Of a stretch of 20,518 bases of DNA, positions 8,739 to 16,857 are shown one piece after another; the first letter of the stretch is position 1, and each line of letters opens with the position of its first letter. This DNA comes from a virus. The position numbers were made by a program, and so were the translations under genes. Under the pieces are notes generated by a model. It did not search any database. It was not told where the DNA came from and saw only the letters and a program-made list of their open reading frames with translations. The DNA lies in UHGV virus genome UHGV-1338495. One strand, 5' to 3'.

Positions 8739-10241
8739 TCACAAAATGAAACGGATCTGCGCGGCCATGAAGCGGAACTGGTTAACCAGATCCGGTGTAC
8801 ACATCACATCCAGACGGTTACGGTCTTTTGTGTTGCGCTCCACGAGCAGATTCTTTTTAAAGGTGTCCAGATTTTCGACCAGCCCGAGTTCCACCCATTC
8901 TTCCCCCAGTGCAATCAGCTGGAGCGTCATAATCTCCGGCGTCACGATATTCTGACCGGGCCGGACGGGAGTACCGTTATCGGCCAGTTTGTGGCGCGGG
9001 AAACGCTGCGTGATAAAGGTGCGCAGGGAATAACGCAGATATGACAGGGTGTAGATGGTTTCTACATCCAGATAGCTGGGATCGCTTTCGCCGTATGCAT
9101 TCTGACGGTACATCGTCACCTGACGTTCAATCTGCACCACATCAGCGGCCGCAACGGTCACCGTGGACATGCCGGTATAAAGCAGGCTGTTTCGCTCTTC
9201 CCGCGTCAGACGAGCCGGTGCTTCAGGTGCCATACGGGCAGGCAGCGCCAGTGTCTGTAATGGTCGGGCCGGATCCGTTGACAGGGAGGGCGCACAGACC
9301 GCACAAATGGAGGCCGCCCAGACATAATCCGGCTCTGGTGCTTTAGGAATAGAAGTGCAGGTAAACAGGAAGTCATTACGGGATTCACCAAAACTGGTTG
9401 CCGTACCGAAGGTGCCGGTATGCGCCATCCAGACCATACCGTCCGACATTTTTACCGGTCCCCAGCGTTTCAGCAGTTCATCCGCCAGAATTTTGAGATT
9501 TGCCGCATCCTTATAGGGCATGACGATGTAGTTGTACTGACGATTCCCCATCCCTGAGACGCTACGGGTGATATCGGGGTTTGTTGCCTTCTGTGTTGGC
9601 GCGACGAGCTCCAGCGTAAGACCGGCCGGTGTAGTTTCACCGTCATAATAGTTCACCCGTAAATCATGAGCTGAGCATTCACCGATAAAGCGGGCGTTAA
9701 CCCCCATGCTCCCTTTAAGTCCTTCAGCATTATCACCACTGACTTCAGCTGCGATAGCAGTGAATGGCGCATCAGTGTCAGCGTTAATGACCTTAGCCAG
9801 CTCTTCCACAAGCTCTTTACCTTTTTTCCCCTTACTGACGGGCAGGAGGTAACGGCGACCGCCGATGTAAACACTTAACACCCCGTCTGCCAATGCTGTT
9901 CCAATGATATTCATCACGCATGCCCTGGACTGACCTGTTCCAGCCCCCTGTGCAATGGCATATAACTCTGTGTCAGGGTTAATGGCGATAAATTCCTCTA
10001 CCATCAGTGCAATCATGGAACCTCGCCCCCAGAGTTCTCTTGCTTGTGAAGCTCGGGTAATACGTACTGGTACATCAAGCTGACCGCGCCCCTGAATGGT
10101 GGTGTCTTTCATTGCAGCCTGACCAAACAACAGTACCGCCTGACGCTGTGGTGGAGTGCCGGTCACGGCCATTGAATTATTGATTTCAATCTGTACCAGC
10201 GGAATGCGATTGTTATCGCCGATATAATCAAAGTTAATCAT
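8739..10241 (-). CDS. Contractile tail sheath protein (Mu L-like)
   Basis: 500-aa ORF of the size and position of a sheath protein. Start ATG at 10241-10239 confirmed in the sequence. Confidence 0.8.
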   Translation of the reverse strand: MINFDYIGDNNRIPLVQIEINNSMAVTGTPPQRQAVLLFGQAAMKDTTIQGRGQLDVPVRITRASQARELWGRGSMIALMVEEFIAINPDTELYAIAQGAGTGQSRACVMNIIGTALADGVLSVYIGGRRYLLPVSKGKKGKELVEELAKVINADTDAPFTAIAAEVSGDNAEGLKGSMGVNARFIGECSAHDLRVNYYDGETTPAGLTLELVAPTQKATNPDITRSVSGMGNRQYNYIVMPYKDAANLKILADELLKRWGPVKMSDGMVWMAHTGTFGTATSFGESRNDFLFTCTSIPKAPEPDYVWAASICAVCAPSLSTDPARPLQTLALPARMAPEAPARLTREERNSLLYTGMSTVTVAAADVVQIERQVTMYRQNAYGESDPSYLDVETIYTLSYLRYSLRTFITQRFPRHKLADNGTPVRPGQNIVTPEIMTLQLIALGEEWVELGLVENLDTFKKNLLVERNTKDRNRLDVMCTPDLVNQFRFMAAQIRFIL

Positions 10242-10528
10242 CAGGACGTCCCCTTGTCTGATGCTGCGGGTTTTTCAGTCGCGGGTTTTTCAGTCGCAGG
10301 TTTTTCTGCTGCCGCTCCCGCGGGTTTTCCGGCGGCATCAGTCGTTGCAGACGCTGCTGCCGGTGCTGCTTCAGCCGCTTTTTCCACCACAATGACGTCC
10401 CCGTCATTAAGACGGCGGCACCAGAACGGGGTGAAGGGTTTTTCCTCTCCCTCCTGCGCCAGCGGTTTCATGGTGTCCGGATCGCGGATCAGGCATCCCG
10501 GCGCGGGTTTGATAAAAATGGTTGTCAT
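10241..10528 (-). CDS. Small phage protein with repetitive Ala/Pro-rich C-terminal tail (Mu gp38 position)
   Basis: 95-aa ORF whose C-terminus reads …AAGKPAGAAAEKPATEKPATEKPAASDKGTS, encoded by a 15-bp tandem DNA repeat. Confidence 0.5.
   Translation of the reverse strand: MTTIFIKPAPGCLIRDPDTMKPLAQEGEEKPFTPFWCRRLNDGDVIVVEKAAEAAPAAASATTDAAGKPAGAAAEKPATEKPATEKPAASDKGTS
10266..10310 (-). repeat. 15-bp tandem repeat (2 exact copies plus 1 degenerate) inside the gp38-like CDS
   Basis: Plus strand reads gcgggtttttcagtc gcgggtttttcagtc gcaggtttttctgct, encoding TEKPA TEKPA on the minus strand. Confidence 0.7.
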
Positions 10529-10531
10529 CTG

Positions 10532-11095
10532 TTATTCCTCTGACGGTCCGGCTTTTTCACCGGCGGCGGTTGCACCTGGCAGGCTGATGTGCGCCTTAAA
10601 TTCCGGTGTGCCTTCCGGTTCGGTGAAGGTTTCGTAATGGCGCAGGAAATCATCCAGCGAGCTGATATCAGTCAGCGGTGCGATCATTTCCTCGCAGGAG
10701 AAATAAAGCGCATACATCACCGCGCCACTGTCGGCCTGCGTTTCGGTGTAACCGTTGACCGCCTTTTCAAAGTAAAGCGGTGAGGTTTTTTCGGTTCTGA
10801 AGCCGTCCAGCACGGTAATCAGGCGGGCCACAATCTGATAAAGCCCGGGACGGCTGACCTCACGGCCATTGAGCATGTCGCCGATGACGTAGAACACCCA
10901 GTGGCTGACCAGACGCCCACGGGTACGGCCTTCACCGGCACCCAGCCAGGCAACGTAGATCGCCGGGGCGCTAATCAGCATGGTGCGCAGCACACTGTCG
11001 CTCCAGTCGCCGGGATGCGTGTCAACTGACACCAGTTCATTCCCGAAATACTCACGGATACGGGCGATGTACGCTTGCTCGGTTTCCGTAATCAT
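10532..11095 (-). CDS. Phage protein, Mu gp37-like (DUF1834-type)
   Basis: 187-aa ORF placed as in the Mu head-tail joining block, overlapping the upstream gene by 4 nt. Confidence 0.55.
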   Translation of the reverse strand: MITETEQAYIARIREYFGNELVSVDTHPGDWSDSVLRTMLISAPAIYVAWLGAGEGRTRGRLVSHWVFYVIGDMLNGREVSRPGLYQIVARLITVLDGFRTEKTSPLYFEKAVNGYTETQADSGAVMYALYFSCEEMIAPLTDISSLDDFLRHYETFTEPEGTPEFKAHISLPGATAAGEKAGPSEE

Positions 11096-11511
11096 ATAAA
11101 GCCCTTCTGGTTGCGCCCGAACACCGCCGCATCAGACTGCACCTGCGGTAAATCCCCGGATTCAGGGGCCGCACCGTCTGTATCCACGCCGACCGGCACG
11201 TTACCGTTCATGACATCTTTCAGCCAGGCCAGCGCCTCACGGTAACGGTCACGCGCCTGATCGGATGCCCGCTGATCGCACAGGTAATAAAAGGCAATCG
11301 TGCAGCAATGCTGAACAAGGACCGCCGGAACCACCGCCAGCGGCAGCGTGTAACGGGCAGACAGGTAACTGTCGATAAGGGCAGACGCGTCCGTCAGTGC
11401 CCGGTTCAGCTTGCGCGCGTCCGGCTCATCCGAACGGGGCACGGCCAGTAATGGCCTGAGCAAATCCTCGCGGTAACGTGCCCGCATATCGGTTTCGGTG
11501 GCGTAATTCAT
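11092..11511 (-). CDS. Phage protein, Mu gp36-like (DUF1320-type)
   Basis: 139-aa ORF, 4-nt overlap with both neighbours, in the position of Mu gp36. Confidence 0.55.
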   Translation of the reverse strand: MNYATETDMRARYREDLLRPLLAVPRSDEPDARKLNRALTDASALIDSYLSARYTLPLAVVPAVLVQHCCTIAFYYLCDQRASDQARDRYREALAWLKDVMNGNVPVGVDTDGAAPESGDLPQVQSDAAVFGRNQKGFI

Positions 11512-11861
11512 GCGCGAGCCTTTTTCGCCTGTCTGGCGTTATTGCCGGTCTTTTTCCGGGGAGCATCCTGTCCGGCTTCGGCTAAATCTGCACCGGTCTC
11601 TGCATGAACCACACCCGCCACGGCTCCCGCATCATCACCAGGCGTCTGTAGTATTCGTACAGTGAGGCATGGCTCCGCTTCCAGTCGGGCAAGCTGCTCC
11701 GGGGTGACGTCAACCTGCTGGCGTCCCCGCATGAACAGGAACCCCGCACGACGAAACTGCGCACGACTGCAACGCACTTCTGCCAGTACCGTGACAGGAC
11801 TGTCACCACTGACCTGAAGGCCTGAATCATCTGTTGCTGCCACAGTGTGATGTTCATTCAT
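11508..11861 (-). CDS. Hypothetical phage protein (Mu gp35 position)
   Basis: 117-aa ORF immediately after the major head gene, with a Lys/Arg-rich C-terminus. I do not recognise a family. Confidence 0.45.
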   Translation of the reverse strand: MNEHHTVAATDDSGLQVSGDSPVTVLAEVRCSRAQFRRAGFLFMRGRQQVDVTPEQLARLEAEPCLTVRILQTPGDDAGAVAGVVHAETGADLAEAGQDAPRKKTGNNARQAKKARA

Positions 11862-11866
11862 ATTTG

Positions 11867-11897
11867 CCCTCCGCAGGGGCCGGGCCGTAAGCCCGGC
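11867..11897 (-). promoter_or_regulatory. Two adjacent GC-rich stem-loops between the major head gene and the next gene
   Basis: Plus strand: GCCGGGC-cgtaa-GCCCGGC (7-bp stem, 11879-11897) and CCCT-ccgc-AGGG (11867-11878). The smaller one contains the GGAGG of the downstream gene. No U-tract follows. Confidence 0.35.
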
Positions 11898-11904
11898 TCA
11901 CCGT

Positions 11905-12852
11905 TTACAGATAATCCGCGACAACCAGCTCCAGCTTGCCCTTCATCTCGTTAGAGACGGTGGTGTTACCGTCCGCGAACAGCTCGCGCTCCAGCAGCTG
12001 CACCGCCTGTTTTTCCAGCGAGGTGGGGACAACAATATGGGTGGGTTTGATGCCGAGTTTGCGGCCACCGTCAGCCTTAAAGTCACGCATGGCTGACCAG
12101 CCGTGCCACAGCGCATCCAGCGTCAGCGGTGACTGCATCATGTAGGCCATCTGCCAGAAGCCGTAGCCCACATTGCGACGGGCGGAAGCACCGAACACAA
12201 ACTCGTTATCAGTAAACGCACGGCCTTCATCGACTTTTGTCTGGGCAACCAGTTCGGCCTTGCGGCGATCCTGATAAATCAGCGGTTTTACCGCGCGGGA
12301 GCAGTCAAGCAGATACCAGGCCGGGCCGCTGTAATCCGCCTGTGCACCGACAGAGCCGGTTTTTGCCACAAACATATTGCTGACCATCTGTGCATCACCG
12401 GAGCCATCCACTTTGGGGTAAACAGGGTGTTCGGTATCAAAGAAGTTCTGGCCGTCATAGCAGGCCGCATTCAGACCATCACGCAGTGCAGCAAAGACCA
12501 GTTCATCCGGTTGTGCCGCCGCAGCGCGCCCCATCTCCTGGAACAACGGGGAGTAGATGCCAAGATTGTCGTCTTCAAAGTCATCGCGGCTAATGGCAAC
12601 GGTGCCTTCAAAGGTTTTGTTCACGATGGCGTAGCCATAGGCTTTCATCTTCTCGATGACGCGGGAGCCGATCCACTCACGGAACTGCGGGAACTGCCCC
12701 AGCCAGCCGTAGGTGTTGGATTTCGACGTGGACGGTACGGTCATCGCAATTTTCTGGTACTGAGACGGAGCCATGGACATCCCGGCCTGAAAATCAGAAC
12801 GGTAGCCCGTCATCAGGGCGGTGATCATCGCCGGTGTAATCGGGGTAGGCAT
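11905..12852 (-). CDS. Major head (capsid) protein, Mu T-like
   Basis: 315-aa ORF directly downstream of the protease/scaffold gene, with start overlapping that gene's stop. Size and position match the Mu major head subunit. Confidence 0.75.
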   Translation of the reverse strand: MPTPITPAMITALMTGYRSDFQAGMSMAPSQYQKIAMTVPSTSKSNTYGWLGQFPQFREWIGSRVIEKMKAYGYAIVNKTFEGTVAISRDDFEDDNLGIYSPLFQEMGRAAAAQPDELVFAALRDGLNAACYDGQNFFDTEHPVYPKVDGSGDAQMVSNMFVAKTGSVGAQADYSGPAWYLLDCSRAVKPLIYQDRRKAELVAQTKVDEGRAFTDNEFVFGASARRNVGYGFWQMAYMMQSPLTLDALWHGWSAMRDFKADGGRKLGIKPTHIVVPTSLEKQAVQLLERELFADGNTTVSNEMKGKLELVVADYL

Positions 12853-13976
12853 TATTGCATTTCCTCTTTCATTTTCAGGAACTCGGCTTCGGTTTTACCC
12901 AGCAGATGGGCGGCGGCGATATCTTCAGCCGACAGCACAGCAGTGGCGGTCTTTTTATCCGGCACGGTCACGGTGTCGGTCTGAAGAGTGGTCAGAGCCG
13001 CAACCGGCTGGCGGGCGTCAAGCTGTGCAGAAAGTGCTGTAACGCCAATCTGTTGTCCGAGTCCTTCCATGTATCCGCGTTCGCTTTTGAAAATGCGTCC
13101 TTCGGACTCAGCCTTATCCAGCAACTGCTCCAGCGTGGTGCTGCCGTGCTGTGCCGACAGCGCGACATATTCGGTACGCAGGGCGTTATACGTCTCAACG
13201 GGCACGTATTTCGTCAGATCAATAGTGCCGCCAGTTGGTGTGCCTTTTGCGGTTTCCAGCTCTGCCGACAGGCTGGCAACCTGCGTTTTCAGGGTGTCGT
13301 GCGCATCCGCACGGGTTTTGATCCCGGTAAGGGCAGACAGCGCCGCCGTGCCCAGTTCCGGTGTAAATTCGTCACCGTCGGCCACGGTCAGACCGAGCGC
13401 CGTCAGCAACTGGCGTAATTGCTCATTCATGGAGGTGTCCTTTAAAGGAGGGTTTAAGGCGTTATAAAGGTCATCCGCCGACAGTGCGGCGACAGGATTC
13501 ATGCCAGTCAGACCGGGGTCACCGGTAATAGCCAGCATCCGAAGCTCAACAGGTTCACCGGTGATTTCGTCATAACCAATCACCGGGGAAAACCAGGGAA
13601 ATTCGTTATTGCGCAGGTGTTCAATGGCCGGAGGGTTCCAGTCCGGACGCACTTCAAAACCCCGCTCTTCACTGAAGCGGAAGTTTTCCGGTGAGGCCAT
13701 GACAAAACCGGCAGCCGGTGCCGGATGCCCCTTAATCAGGGTCTGGTGGTTGTAGTCAATTTTTACCGGCTGATTGAGCGCCACAACCCGGGATACCATG
13801 CGCTCAACGGCCGCATGGTTAATCAGCCAGCCTTCCGCCGGTTTTTCCGGGCGACCGTCACGGGCCTTTACCCGACCGGCTGGCATGATCTGACACCAGT
13901 CACCGTCCCCGTCTGCGGACAGGCTGATGGCATTCAGAATGGCATAAGCAAGTTTGGGCGTGTTTTTCGTCTTCAT
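12852..13976 (-). CDS. Prohead protease / scaffold protein, Mu I-like
   Basis: 374-aa ORF; start ATG at 13976-13974 confirmed. In Mu the scaffold Z is made from an internal start in the same frame; I did not map such a start here. Confidence 0.7.
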   Translation of the reverse strand: MKTKNTPKLAYAILNAISLSADGDGDWCQIMPAGRVKARDGRPEKPAEGWLINHAAVERMVSRVVALNQPVKIDYNHQTLIKGHPAPAAGFVMASPENFRFSEERGFEVRPDWNPPAIEHLRNNEFPWFSPVIGYDEITGEPVELRMLAITGDPGLTGMNPVAALSADDLYNALNPPLKDTSMNEQLRQLLTALGLTVADGDEFTPELGTAALSALTGIKTRADAHDTLKTQVASLSAELETAKGTPTGGTIDLTKYVPVETYNALRTEYVALSAQHGSTTLEQLLDKAESEGRIFKSERGYMEGLGQQIGVTALSAQLDARQPVAALTTLQTDTVTVPDKKTATAVLSAEDIAAAHLLGKTEAEFLKMKEEMQ

Positions 13977-14123
13977 TCCGGCAGCATAAGCCGGTGTTTT
14001 TCGGGGCCGGTTTTGCGGGACTTCAGAAAGTGCTGACAGGGGAAAAATGAGAAAGGCGCTTCACGCAGATTTTAAAGCCCGTTAAATACAGGTTAGAAAA
14101 TCACGACACGCGCCTGAAGGGGG

Positions 14124-14148
14124 TAAGGTAATACGTTTGCATACCTTA
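14124..14148. promoter_or_regulatory. Perfect 7-bp inverted repeat with 11-bp spacer (TAAGGTA-N11-TACCTTA) in the G-I intergenic region
   Basis: Seen directly in the sequence, immediately after the G stop codon and about 150 nt upstream of the I start. The intergenic region is 177 bp. Confidence 0.3.
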
Positions 14149-14153
14149 AACCA

Positions 14154-14627
14154 TTACGGCGTTTCTGTGGCCTTTTTAAAGCGTTTTCTGATTTCGTCCA
14201 TGATCTCCTGTTCTGCCACCTGATCAAAGCCCATATACGGACGTGCGCCAATGGCCGCCGGTCCCGGTGGCATACCAGGCAGGCCACCCCACTGATGAAT
14301 GGCCGCATAAGGTTCATTTGATCCAATCAGCGCCCAGGTATCGCCATAATCCGTGGTCAGGCGGCGGGCCAGATCGCCGTTCAGTGTCAGGATTTTGCCG
14401 GGCGTGTATCCCTTACGGGTACGCCACTTGCGGTAAGGATCTGACCAGTCATGCCAGCGTTCGCCGTCCGGCTCTTTTTCCTGTTCAAACGCCATTTCTG
14501 ACGATGACAGAAGACTCTCCGCCACACTGCGGGCCAGGTCTTTTCCGCCGCCCACAAACTGAAGCCGGGCAAACACCCGCTGGAGACGCGTAACGTCAAC
14601 AACGACAGCGGCATCAATGGATGACAT
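14154..14627 (-). CDS. Virion morphogenesis protein, Mu G-like
   Basis: 157-aa ORF between the MuF and I genes, preceded by GGAGG. Size and position match Mu G. Confidence 0.65.
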   Translation of the reverse strand: MSSIDAAVVVDVTRLQRVFARLQFVGGGKDLARSVAESLLSSSEMAFEQEKEPDGERWHDWSDPYRKWRTRKGYTPGKILTLNGDLARRLTTDYGDTWALIGSNEPYAAIHQWGGLPGMPPGPAAIGARPYMGFDQVAEQEIMDEIRKRFKKATETP

Positions 14628-14663
14628 ATTGCCTCCGCATAAAGGATGAATATAAAATAAACA

Positions 14664-14748
14664 GGCGGTCAGTGTACGCTTAACTGGTAAAGTCGGTGCC
14701 TGCCTCCGGGTGGATCATGTATGCGGGTTCGACCCCCGCCACTGACCG
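14664..14748. other. Structured intergenic element between the MuF and G genes (T-arm-like hairpin enclosed by a 9-bp long-range pairing)
   Basis: Plus strand has CGGTCAGTG … GCGGG-TTCGACC-CCCGC-CACTGACCG: the hairpin resembles a tRNA T-arm and the flanking arms are exact reverse complements. Coordinates are approximate (±1-2). Confidence 0.3.
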
Positions 14749-15747
14749 TTAATCAATTTGTCCTTCCAGCACCTCAAGCATTCCGCCCCGGATATCCGAT
14801 TTCAGCTTATCCATATTGATAACCCGGTAAGCATTCACAATCACATCCAGTTTGTCGGGCTGACGTTTCAGACTGTACGGTGCATTAACGGCAATCTGCA
14901 CACTGCCATCCTTATTTTCCACGATATACATCAGATTTTTGTGCCGTTTGTCCCACAGCACCGCTTTTGGCTTTGCCAGCATTGCCGGTAAGCGCCCGAA
15001 GTCCTCTGGCATCAGGGCGATGCCGTCATTCTGATGTTTCACACTGTCTGCATGGAGCACATTTTTACCGCTCATCGCCAGCAGGCGGGCCGGTGGCGTT
15101 CCCGTCCGGCTTTCCACTGCCTGCGCAATGCTTTCAGTCATAAAGCCCAGCGTGCGGATATCGTTACCACCTCGCCGGGTCTGCATGATGTTTTTTGCCC
15201 AGATGCGGAACGCCAGCTGCCGCTCCGGGCTGTTGTTCATCTCCTGAACCACCATTTCCCGTAACGCCGGGCTTTTCACCTCGATCAGTTTGCGGATCAG
15301 CGCCTGGTCTGTGCCGAACGCTGCCGAGCCGGGGTTATATGACCAGCCCACATCCGGTGTCATGGTTCTGGTGCCATCTGAATATGTGGTCACCGGCATT
15401 TCTCTGACTTCTCCGGTCTGTTTATCCACGCCAGCCTCAACATTGCGGGTGGAGAGATGATCCTCACCGGATGAAACGGATAACCCCATTGCATCCAGAC
15501 GAGCCTGAGACAATGGCCGCACACGGCAGCGGCAGTTCCAGCCATTAGGTGGGTAGTGTGTTTTCCAGAACGGATCGTCATAGCGGAATACCAGACCGTT
15601 AAGGGCGGAATGCGACGGGCGGGTACGGCTGTCCATGACCGCCACATACTGCCAGAACGGATGCGTGTCCGTGTTGTTCATCATCTGCGTGTAACGCCCG
15701 GCATTGTAAGCCACACGGGTGTTCACGTTGTAAATCAGCGCCAGACG
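14749..15747 (-). CDS. Head morphogenesis protein, MuF family (Mu gp30-like); 5' end lost in the N gap
   Basis: The track fuses this with the portal across the N run. The part after the gap contains the MuF signature region …RVAYNAGRYTQMMNNTDTHPFWQYVAVMDSRTRPSHSALNGLVFRYDDPFWKTHYPPNGWNCRCRV…. Confidence 0.8.
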   Translation of the reverse strand, partial: RLALIYNVNTRVAYNAGRYTQMMNNTDTHPFWQYVAVMDSRTRPSHSALNGLVFRYDDPFWKTHYPPNGWNCRCRVRPLSQARLDAMGLSVSSGEDHLSTRNVEAGVDKQTGEVREMPVTTYSDGTRTMTPDVGWSYNPGSAAFGTDQALIRKLIEVKSPALREMVVQEMNNSPERQLAFRIWAKNIMQTRRGGNDIRTLGFMTESIAQAVESRTGTPPARLLAMSGKNVLHADSVKHQNDGIALMPEDFGRLPAMLAKPKAVLWDKRHKNLMYIVENKDGSVQIAVNAPYSLKRQPDKLDVIVNAYRVINMDKLKSDIRGGMLEVLEGQID

Positions 15748-15847
15748 NNNNNNNNNNNNNNNNNNNNNNNNNNNNNNNNNNNNNNNNNNNNNNNNNNNNN
15801 NNNNNNNNNNNNNNNNNNNNNNNNNNNNNNNNNNNNNNNNNNNNNNN
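15748..15847. other. Assembly gap (run of exactly 100 N)
   Basis: 100 consecutive N. It falls between the portal and MuF coding regions, both of which are incomplete. Confidence 0.95.
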
Positions 15848-16857
15848 CGTAAATCAGAATCCCTGATTTCCCGGCGCACCTCGTTATGCACCTCACCCAG
15901 CGAGCGCGCGCCTTTGTCTCCGGCTTCCGTGGTCAGCGTGCCGCCGAGTATTGCTTTGGAGATGGAACGCTCACCCCACGAAATCATGGTTTCAAACGGA
16001 TCGGCCTGACCGTTCGCTGCCGCCTGAAACTCCAGCGACATCCCGGCCGGGATGATCCCGCCTGTACGTCGCCCGATATCCATCACCGCCCGCATCAGGG
16101 CACTTTTCTGCTCCGGTGTTGCCCCGGACGGGTATTTCCCGACCTTCATTGGCAGGCCGTACACCTCCAGAAATTCCGCCAGATCGCGCACGGAATAGTT
16201 TTTGAAAATGAACGGCCAGATAAGCGTTCTGACAAGCCCCGTCGCACCACCGTAGCCGGTGCGTGAACGCGACTGATGCACTATCCAGCCAAAGGGCTGA
16301 AACGCCACCCCGGCATGGCTGCCGTCACGCAGCCGCAGTTCGCTCAAATCATCCGGGTTAAGGCAGAAATGCCCGCTGTCACGCCAGCGGATGGCGCGGA
16401 TGATGTGCATTTTACCGAGCATCCCGTGCTCAATTTCCATGCAGGAATAGCCCTTCAGGATGGCATCCGTGGCGTCAAACAGCATGGCATCAAACCAGTC
16501 TGCGGAATGCAGATATTCGTCGAGCATTTCCGCGTCCTTTTTCTCATTCGCGCTGGCGTTCGGTGGCGGCTCAATGCTCCATGGCACCCCCTGAATGGCA
16601 AGACGTCGCTTGCCCAGCTCCGCAAAAAGGTGGGTGTCCTTTTCTTCAATGTCAGCCGCCAGATCGGACTGGGCAATCAGATCGCCACGTTCAGCCCCGC
16701 GAAGGCACTGCGCCGCCCGGTTCGGGGTGATACCCGAGGCGGGATGCTCAACATAACGGCTGGCAATCTGCGGAATATCCAGCGCGGTACTTTGCATCTC
16801 CGGGTCAAAGGAGAAAGGTTTTCCGTCAAGATCAATTATGCGTCCCACTACCAGCAC
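15848..16857 (-). CDS. Portal protein, Mu gp29-like (DUF935-type); 3' end lost in the N gap
   Basis: About 336 aa are visible. GTG start at 16857-16855 overlaps the 3' end of the terminase gene. The N-terminal region (…GDLIAQSDLAADIEEKDTHLFAELGKRR…) matches my memory of Mu-type portals. Confidence 0.7.

Noticed and set aside
11582-11857. 91-aa ORF nested out of frame inside the 117-aa gp35-position gene
   Set aside because: Same strand, alternative frame, no independent start context. The 117-aa frame fits the operon coupling (4-nt overlaps).
12427-13418. Plus-strand ORFs of 185 and 187 aa antisense to the capsid and protease/scaffold genes
   Set aside because: Same reasoning: they overlap strongly supported genes and have antisense-type composition.
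14664-14748. Possible tRNA gene (T-arm plus acceptor-like pairing) between MuF and G
   Set aside because: I could not build a D-arm or an anticodon stem-loop (no 5-bp stem with a 7-nt loop), and there is no CCA. I keep it as a structured element only.
14749-15747. MuF protein as a polymorphic toxin (MuF proteins with C-terminal toxin domains are known in some prophages)
   Set aside because: The C-terminal region shows no toxin motif I recognise, and there is no small immunity-type ORF downstream (only the 121-bp spacer, then G). The N-terminus is hidden in the gap, so domain architecture cannot be judged.
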